From Patescibacteria group bacterium (GTDB lineage: Bacteria; Patescibacteriota; Microgenomatia; UBA8517), in NCBI GenBank assembly GCA_018823885.1, contig JAHJHG010000006.1, forward strand, positions 10,752-74,751: a stretch of DNA of 64,000 nt, read 5' to 3'. The notes under the pieces were generated by a model. It was not told the DNA's origin. It made no database searches and saw only the letters and a program-made list of their open reading frames with translations. Both the position numbers and the translations under genes were made by a program. Numbering within the stretch: position 1 is the first letter of the stretch; every line of letters starts with the position of its first letter. Below are positions 58,370 through 64,000 of this stretch, piece by piece.

Positions 58370-60807
58370 TCTGGTTTTCCTCTAAATAATACTTTAGCAG
58401 TTTCAATAATGATAAACATTAGTATTGATGCTGAAAAAACAATCGCCCATTGCAGAACGGTCAAGGGAACAATTCCCAGAAAATCTCGCGAGAATTCGAA
58501 AAGAAAGGGGGCTACTTGAAGCACCAGTCCTGCCAATACAGCTATATTTAGCCATCGATTAGCGAACACCTTCCCTTTCCAAAAAGAAACTGTCAGGGTC
58601 CTTATCGAGAAAACATAAACAAGTGAGTTTACGCCTAATGTAGCAAAAGCGATTGAACGGGCAACCGGCAGTTCTCCTGTTGTTTTATAAAAATAGATAA
58701 ATAGAGCTAGGGCAACAATACCGCCAACCAAAGAAACTATCAATATTATGTCTTTCATCCAAGTGTTCACGATTGGCTCCTTAGAGGAGCGCGGAGCTCT
58801 TTTCATAATGTCAGGCGCCCGGGGATCAACCGTTAAAGCAAGATCGGGAAAACCATCCGAAATCAAGTTAATCCACAATATTTGTCCTGCCGTTACCGCC
58901 AGAGGTAAGCCCAAAATAAGCGTACCCAAAACAGCGACAATTTCTTCAAAAGCATCGCTCATCAGGTAAAGAATTATTTTTCTAATGTTGTCAAATATTC
59001 CTCTGCCTTCTTCTATCGCCTCAACAATGGTCGCAAAACTCGAATCAAGAAGAATCAAGTCAGCCGTTTCCTTAGCAACATCGGTGGCTTCTCCAACCAC
59101 AATTCCAATATCGGCTTTTTTCAGAGCAGGGGCATCGTTAACGCCATCCCCCATCATGGCAACTACCTCTCCATTTTTCTTTAACGCCTCGACTATTTTT
59201 AATTTATGCTCTGGTGTTGTTCTCGCAAAAAGCTTTGTCTCACCCTCAATAAGCATGGCCGCCAATTTATCAACATTAAGCTTTGCCACATCTTCACCCA
59301 AAACAACGCAATTATCTTCGCAGGCAATACCAAGCTGGTCCATAACAGAAATTGCAGTTTGGGGATAATCTCCCGTAATCACTAAAAACTTAACCCCTGC
59401 CGCTCTTGTTTTCTTAAAAGCCTCACCTACTCCAGGTCTTACCGGATCTGAAAAAGCCAAAAGCCCAACCCACTCAAGATCTTTTTTGACATCCCTTTCT
59501 TTTATTTCTTTATAACTTGAAGGAACCTTCTTTCTTGCCATTCCTATAAGTCTTTTGCCGTGTGACGATAGTTCCTTGATTGTCTGATTTAATTCTTGTT
59601 TTTCTTTTTTACTTAGGGTTGACCATTCAATCAAAAACTCCGGAGCCCCATTTACGAAAAGCATATTCCCTCCATCCTTCCATCTACTTAAACTCGCAAA
59701 AAACCTGTTCTTTGAAGTAAAAGGAATACTAGTAATGCGGGTGTGTTTTTTTCTTAAGCTTTTCGAATTCTTAAGTTTTTTCCCTGCCCATTCCCAGGCA
59801 GCGATAAGAAGAGGATCGTCTAAATCATTTGCCAGAATCGCTTGAGAAGCTATATCGTGTTCTTTTCCAATAGCGTCGACAACCCTCATTTTCCCCTCCG
59901 TCAGAGTGCCTGTTTTATCTACACAAATTACGGTAACGCTACCTAATGTTTCCGCCGAAACTAAATTTCTAACCAAGCCCTTTCTTTTTAAGATTCTCTG
60001 CATTCCTATGGCTAAAACCACAGTCAATCCAACCAAAAGACCTTCAGGAATACTCGAAACCGCCAAGGCTACGGCAGTCGTAAAAAGATCAATTATTTCT
60101 AATCCTTTAAGCATGCCAACAACAAAAACAATGGCTGTCAATCCTAATACCAACAATGAAAGCTGTTTGCTTAAAGTTTTGAGTTGTACTCGTAAAGGAG
60201 TGTCTTGACTAGGCTCCTGAATTTTCTCGGCAATCTTCCCAATCTCAGTATCCTCTCCGGTAATCTCAACAATCATTTTCGCTTGCCCAGAAACGACAAT
60301 TGTGCCCATAAAAGCTTTATCGTTTTCCTTTTTGGCAACGGATACAGATTCCCCCGTCAATATTGCCTCTGATACAAAGAGTTTATTAACTTCTACCAAT
60401 TTTCCGTCTGCGGGAATCTTTTCTCCTTGACCTAAAACAACAATATCTCCAGGAACAACTTCTGAGACATCTATCTTTTCCAAATGTCCATTTCTTATTA
60501 CTTGAGCCTCAGGATGAATAAGTTTTTTGAGGGCAAAGAGAGCTTTGCTGGCACGCCTTTCTTGAAAAAACCCTAATATCGTATTTAAAAAAACAGCAAA
60601 GAAAATTATGGCTGTATCTGAGCGATGGTTCAGGAAAAATGTTACAACTCCTGCCGCCACCAAAACATAAACCAAAGGATTTTTCAGTTGAGAAATAAAA
60701 ATAATCAAATCGCTTGGAGGAGGCTTCTCAGGCAAGATGTTGGGGCCATGTTTTTGCCGTTGCTCTGCTGCTTCCTTAGAAGTTAAACCCTTTTGCTCAG
60801 GTGGCAT
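58354..60807 (-). CDS. Cation-transporting P-type ATPase (type II, Ca2+-like)
   Basis: LTGES, PEGL, DKTGTLT, TGD, GDGVNDAPAL. Confidence 0.95.
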   Translation of the reverse strand: MPPEQKGLTSKEAAEQRQKHGPNILPEKPPPSDLIIFISQLKNPLVYVLVAAGVVTFFLNHRSDTAIIFFAVFLNTILGFFQERRASKALFALKKLIHPEAQVIRNGHLEKIDVSEVVPGDIVVLGQGEKIPADGKLVEVNKLFVSEAILTGESVSVAKKENDKAFMGTIVVSGQAKMIVEITGEDTEIGKIAEKIQEPSQDTPLRVQLKTLSKQLSLLVLGLTAIVFVVGMLKGLEIIDLFTTAVALAVSSIPEGLLVGLTVVLAIGMQRILKRKGLVRNLVSAETLGSVTVICVDKTGTLTEGKMRVVDAIGKEHDIASQAILANDLDDPLLIAAWEWAGKKLKNSKSLRKKHTRITSIPFTSKNRFFASLSRWKDGGNMLFVNGAPEFLIEWSTLSKKEKQELNQTIKELSSHGKRLIGMARKKVPSSYKEIKERDVKKDLEWVGLLAFSDPVRPGVGEAFKKTRAAGVKFLVITGDYPQTAISVMDQLGIACEDNCVVLGEDVAKLNVDKLAAMLIEGETKLFARTTPEHKLKIVEALKKNGEVVAMMGDGVNDAPALKKADIGIVVGEATDVAKETADLILLDSSFATIVEAIEEGRGIFDNIRKIILYLMSDAFEEIVAVLGTLILGLPLAVTAGQILWINLISDGFPDLALTVDPRAPDIMKRAPRSSKEPIVNTWMKDIILIVSLVGGIVALALFIYFYKTTGELPVARSIAFATLGVNSLVYVFSIRTLTVSFWKGKVFANRWLNIAVLAGLVLQVAPFLFEFSRDFLGIVPLTVLQWAIVFSASILMFIIIETAKVLFRGKPEWFQG

Positions 60808-60827
60808 ATTTTAATGCTAGCAAACAA

Positions 60828-62540
60828 CTACACATTTTGCATTTTAAAAAGTCTTTTGACTTCAGAAGTTGTAGTTGCCTGACTCACGTTTTTGTCATCC
60901 CTGAAGCGCACTAGGCGCGGGAACCTTAAAGCATATCTGCTAGAATGTGTAGGGCTTTTGGTAATATCATCTGCCGCAACTTCCATAACTAATACAGGTT
61001 CTATCCAATAGTCTGGTTCCAAGTTTTTGTGAACAATATAAGCTTTCGGCTTTTCTTTCACTTCAAGCTTGGTTAAGCGTTTCTTAAATTCTTTAAATTG
61101 CTCATCTGTTATTCCTGTACCTATTTTTGAAATGGTTTTTATTTGCTCCCCATCTCTTACGCCTACCAAAAGCTGTCCCATCCCAAATTGGGCTCTTCTT
61201 CCCTTCCCTACTGAATATCCCATCACAACACAATCAACCGTATCTGATAACTTTCCTGTTGATTTTTCTGCTTCCTTCATCTTTACCCATCGCCAACCGG
61301 TCCTACCAGGAATATATGCACTATCCACCTTCTTTAACATTATTCCTTCATATCCTTCCTTCCTTTTTTGCTTATTTAACCTGCTGATTTCATCAGGATC
61401 CTCAGTTAGATGATTTTCAACTATCTTGAAATACTCACCTTTATTAATAGATTGCTCTAAAATTTTTCTTCTCTCGAGATAGGATTTATCCATTAAATTT
61501 TTCCCATCTTTACTCAGTAAATCAAAAACATAAAACTTTATAGGCACTTTGGAAGTAGTCTCATTAATTGAGTGCTTTCTCCTTCGAGTCATTGTTGTTT
61601 GAAAACTCGCCATCGCTATTTTTTTCTCGTCAAGCCCAACCGCTTCCGCGTCAAAAATAATTTCTTTTGCTTTAACAAAGTTACTGATATTTGTTAATTC
61701 AGGAAACATCCAACTTGTTTCATTAAGATTTCTGGTAAAAGATTTAATAAATCCATTCTTACCTGCCTTGAAATGAATTTGGATTCTCAAGCCATCTAAC
61801 TTAGGCTCAACGGCCACCTTCCCCATCTTTTTAATCATCTCAGTAGGGCTCTTAATTCTCTGAGCCAGCATTGGCAAAACAGGAATTCCCAAAGTTGGAG
61901 AAATATTCTTGGCTACCTTCTCTATACCCAGTTTTTTAACCTTCTTCGTCAAAGCCCCAACATCAGGTATCACTCGATACGCCCTCTCCAGTTTTGATTT
62001 TGCACTTTTATCTCCATTTTTCATCCAAGACAACGCATCTAATATTGTTTTATCCGAAAATCCGAGTCGAAGTTTGCCAATAGGAATTCTAGCAACAAAT
62101 CTGGCACTTAAGGGGTCAAGATCCTTCAATAGTTTTGCCATTTCGTTTATCTTTCTTTCCTGACTCCCTCCCCCTTCATCTTGAGCAATTGCGAGGGTCC
62201 TTTCATAAACCTGAATCACACTTAAATTCTTTCCTTTACCAACAGCAACTTTTGTGACAACATCGCCCAGGTCTCCTTCTTTCTTATATATAGTTCTTAT
62301 CTCTTTAATTTCTTTACCGTAGGCTTCGGAAACCGCACGGAGCATCATTCTGTCAGCAATATTAAATACAATATTTTTATAATTTGGAGCAAGTTTCCCC
62401 AAAACGAGGTAGGTAATCTTGTCTATCTCTTCCGCACCTGCTTTTTTGAAAATCGAGGACAATATTTTAGTAATTTCAATTCTCGAAGAGGTTTCTTCTA
62501 ACTTCTCAAGATATTTTGCGAGTTCACTAAATTTCATCAT
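60828..62540 (-). CDS. ATP-dependent DNA ligase (archaeal/eukaryal-type architecture)
   Basis: N-terminal DBD, KLDG motif I, EGIMLK, WVKMK, LRFPR...R.DK. Confidence 0.95.
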   Translation of the reverse strand: MMKFSELAKYLEKLEETSSRIEITKILSSIFKKAGAEEIDKITYLVLGKLAPNYKNIVFNIADRMMLRAVSEAYGKEIKEIRTIYKKEGDLGDVVTKVAVGKGKNLSVIQVYERTLAIAQDEGGGSQERKINEMAKLLKDLDPLSARFVARIPIGKLRLGFSDKTILDALSWMKNGDKSAKSKLERAYRVIPDVGALTKKVKKLGIEKVAKNISPTLGIPVLPMLAQRIKSPTEMIKKMGKVAVEPKLDGLRIQIHFKAGKNGFIKSFTRNLNETSWMFPELTNISNFVKAKEIIFDAEAVGLDEKKIAMASFQTTMTRRRKHSINETTSKVPIKFYVFDLLSKDGKNLMDKSYLERRKILEQSINKGEYFKIVENHLTEDPDEISRLNKQKRKEGYEGIMLKKVDSAYIPGRTGWRWVKMKEAEKSTGKLSDTVDCVVMGYSVGKGRRAQFGMGQLLVGVRDGEQIKTISKIGTGITDEQFKEFKKRLTKLEVKEKPKAYIVHKNLEPDYWIEPVLVMEVAADDITKSPTHSSRYALRFPRLVRFRDDKNVSQATTTSEVKRLFKMQNV

Positions 62541-62606
62541 TCTATATATTAAACCATATATGTATTGTTATTAAGCTTCGTTTTTGACTTCAATCTTTTT
62601 CCCCAT

Positions 62607-62810
62607 TTATATTTGTTTGCCAAAGTATGAGGAAAAGAAAAGAAATGCAAAAATCACCAAGCTGATAAAAACCAGGCCAAAAGTAATACTGATTAAGCCA
62701 GCCCACTTTTCATGCACAACTTTATTTATCCCTTCTCCAATAAGGGCCAACCCAAAAAGGCTTGGTAAAACCAAAATCATATATAGAAACTGTGGATCAG
62801 ATGGTGACAT
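62607..62810 (-). CDS. Small two-TM membrane protein
   Basis: LPSLFGL.LIGEG; operonic spacing. Confidence 0.65.
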   Translation of the reverse strand: MSPSDPQFLYMILVLPSLFGLALIGEGINKVVHEKWAGLISITFGLVFISLVIFAFLFFSSYFGKQI

Positions 62811-62814
62811 GTCT

Positions 62815-63879
62815 TTATCTATTGCCCATATGGTACCTGGCTGCTTTTGTTCGACCTTTTTTATTAATTATGTCTTTATCCATTAAATCTCTTATGTCTC
62901 TTAAAACCGTATCTTCTGAAACCATCGGCAGCACGCTCTTGAGATCTTGCATTACGGCCGAACCTTGATCAGAGAGATATTCCACAAGTCTCATTTGGCG
63001 CTCGCTTAAGGCCACTTGTTTACCCATTTTTGTTTTTAGTCTCGTATCTACAGAAAGTTTCCTAACTTTATCTTTTATTTTAGTTAACTCAACAGCCACA
63101 ACTTCCGTAAAATATTCAAGCCATGGCGTTAAATCACGTTGTCCAATATTCGGAGATTGCTTGTCTACCAAAGAAAAGGCATCATAGTAGGAGCCTGGAT
63201 CCTGGTCAAAATGTTCTTCTAAAGCGAAAAATTGCTTAATATCATAATTCTCTCGCCTCAAAATTAAGGAGGCAAAAGCTCGAGCTGTCCTTCCGTTTCC
63301 TTCAACAAAAGGGTGGATAGCAACCAAAACATAATGGGCAATTCCGGCTTTAATGATTGGATGAAGTGGCTTAGTCTCTTTTGCATTCAGCCATCCGATA
63401 AAATCTTCCAAAAGAAACGGCACTTCCACAAAAGGAGGTGGCTGGAAAATAATTTTGCCCGTCCCTTCTTCTTTGACTACAACTTGGCTTGTTCTAAAAA
63501 CACCAACCTTTTCTTCGGCAACGATTTTTTGAACCGTTTCTTTGTGAATATCTTTAAGAATGTCTAAATCATACCCTCCCCTTTTGCTTGCCAATTCCTC
63601 TAAAAGCCCCACAGCTCTTCTGTAATTTATTACTTCCTGAATATCCCGAGCTCGGGCAACAACGTTTTCCCCCTCAAGAACTTTTTTAGTCTGGGAAAGG
63701 CTTAAATCATTTCCTTCAATATGGGTCCCGTGGTAAATCGTCCTTACAATTGCATCTGATTGAAATTGTTTTTCAAAAGAAGGAACTAGCGGGGCATTTT
63801 CAATTACCTCCTTTGCAGCCTCAATTAAGCCAACATTTTTCAAAACGATATTGGAGATAGAGAATATAGGAGAATACAT
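62815..63879 (-). CDS. Fic family protein with C-terminal DeoR-like HTH
   Basis: Intact HPFVEGNGRTAR; inhibitory-helix THIEGN; VSEDTVLRDI. Confidence 0.92.
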   Translation of the reverse strand: MYSPIFSISNIVLKNVGLIEAAKEVIENAPLVPSFEKQFQSDAIVRTIYHGTHIEGNDLSLSQTKKVLEGENVVARARDIQEVINYRRAVGLLEELASKRGGYDLDILKDIHKETVQKIVAEEKVGVFRTSQVVVKEEGTGKIIFQPPPFVEVPFLLEDFIGWLNAKETKPLHPIIKAGIAHYVLVAIHPFVEGNGRTARAFASLILRRENYDIKQFFALEEHFDQDPGSYYDAFSLVDKQSPNIGQRDLTPWLEYFTEVVAVELTKIKDKVRKLSVDTRLKTKMGKQVALSERQMRLVEYLSDQGSAVMQDLKSVLPMVSEDTVLRDIRDLMDKDIINKKGRTKAARYHMGNR

Positions 63880-64000
63880 TTCTACTTAATTATCGCAAAA
63901 TTTGCGGAAAAAACAATGTTATTATGAAGCGTTTTATGTATCTGGTATTATACTGTTAGCATGCTGGAAACAGCCAAAAAGGAAACCAAGCAATTTAAAA

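Overview
Chromosomal window from a low-GC bacterium using the standard genetic code. Its 16S signatures and gene content point to Patescibacteria/CPR, Microgenomates-like (inference). Core content: rho, radA, rpsA, pth, pcm, trxA/trxB, DsbA, acyP, P-type ATPase, Na/Ca exchanger, ATP-dependent DNA ligase, six tRNAs and a split rRNA locus. 16S is separated from tRNA-Ile/tRNA-Ala/23S/5S by three opposite-strand genes, and 23S carries an ORF-less group I intron at L1917. Two candidate undescribed systems stand out. (1) Two GC-richer genes for secreted proteins (39481-40086, 40456-42543) have the same layout as the neighbouring pre-rRNAs: promoter, hairpin, boxA, then a leader strand complementary to the trailer, enclosing the whole CDS. 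A third gene (27625-28443) has the leader/trailer repeat but only a weak boxA. (2) A locus at ~3.6-20.6 kb combines eight tatA paralogues and tatC with signal-less phage-virion-like proteins, a TPR protein, a mini-PrsW, large surface proteins and several apparently dead enzymes. Also present are a sortase with a tiny candidate substrate and a structured leader/antisense RNA, a KAP-like NTPase next to tRNAs, and a gene flanked by a duplicated 3' end of an HTH gene. All calls were made by eye; no searches or folding were run.
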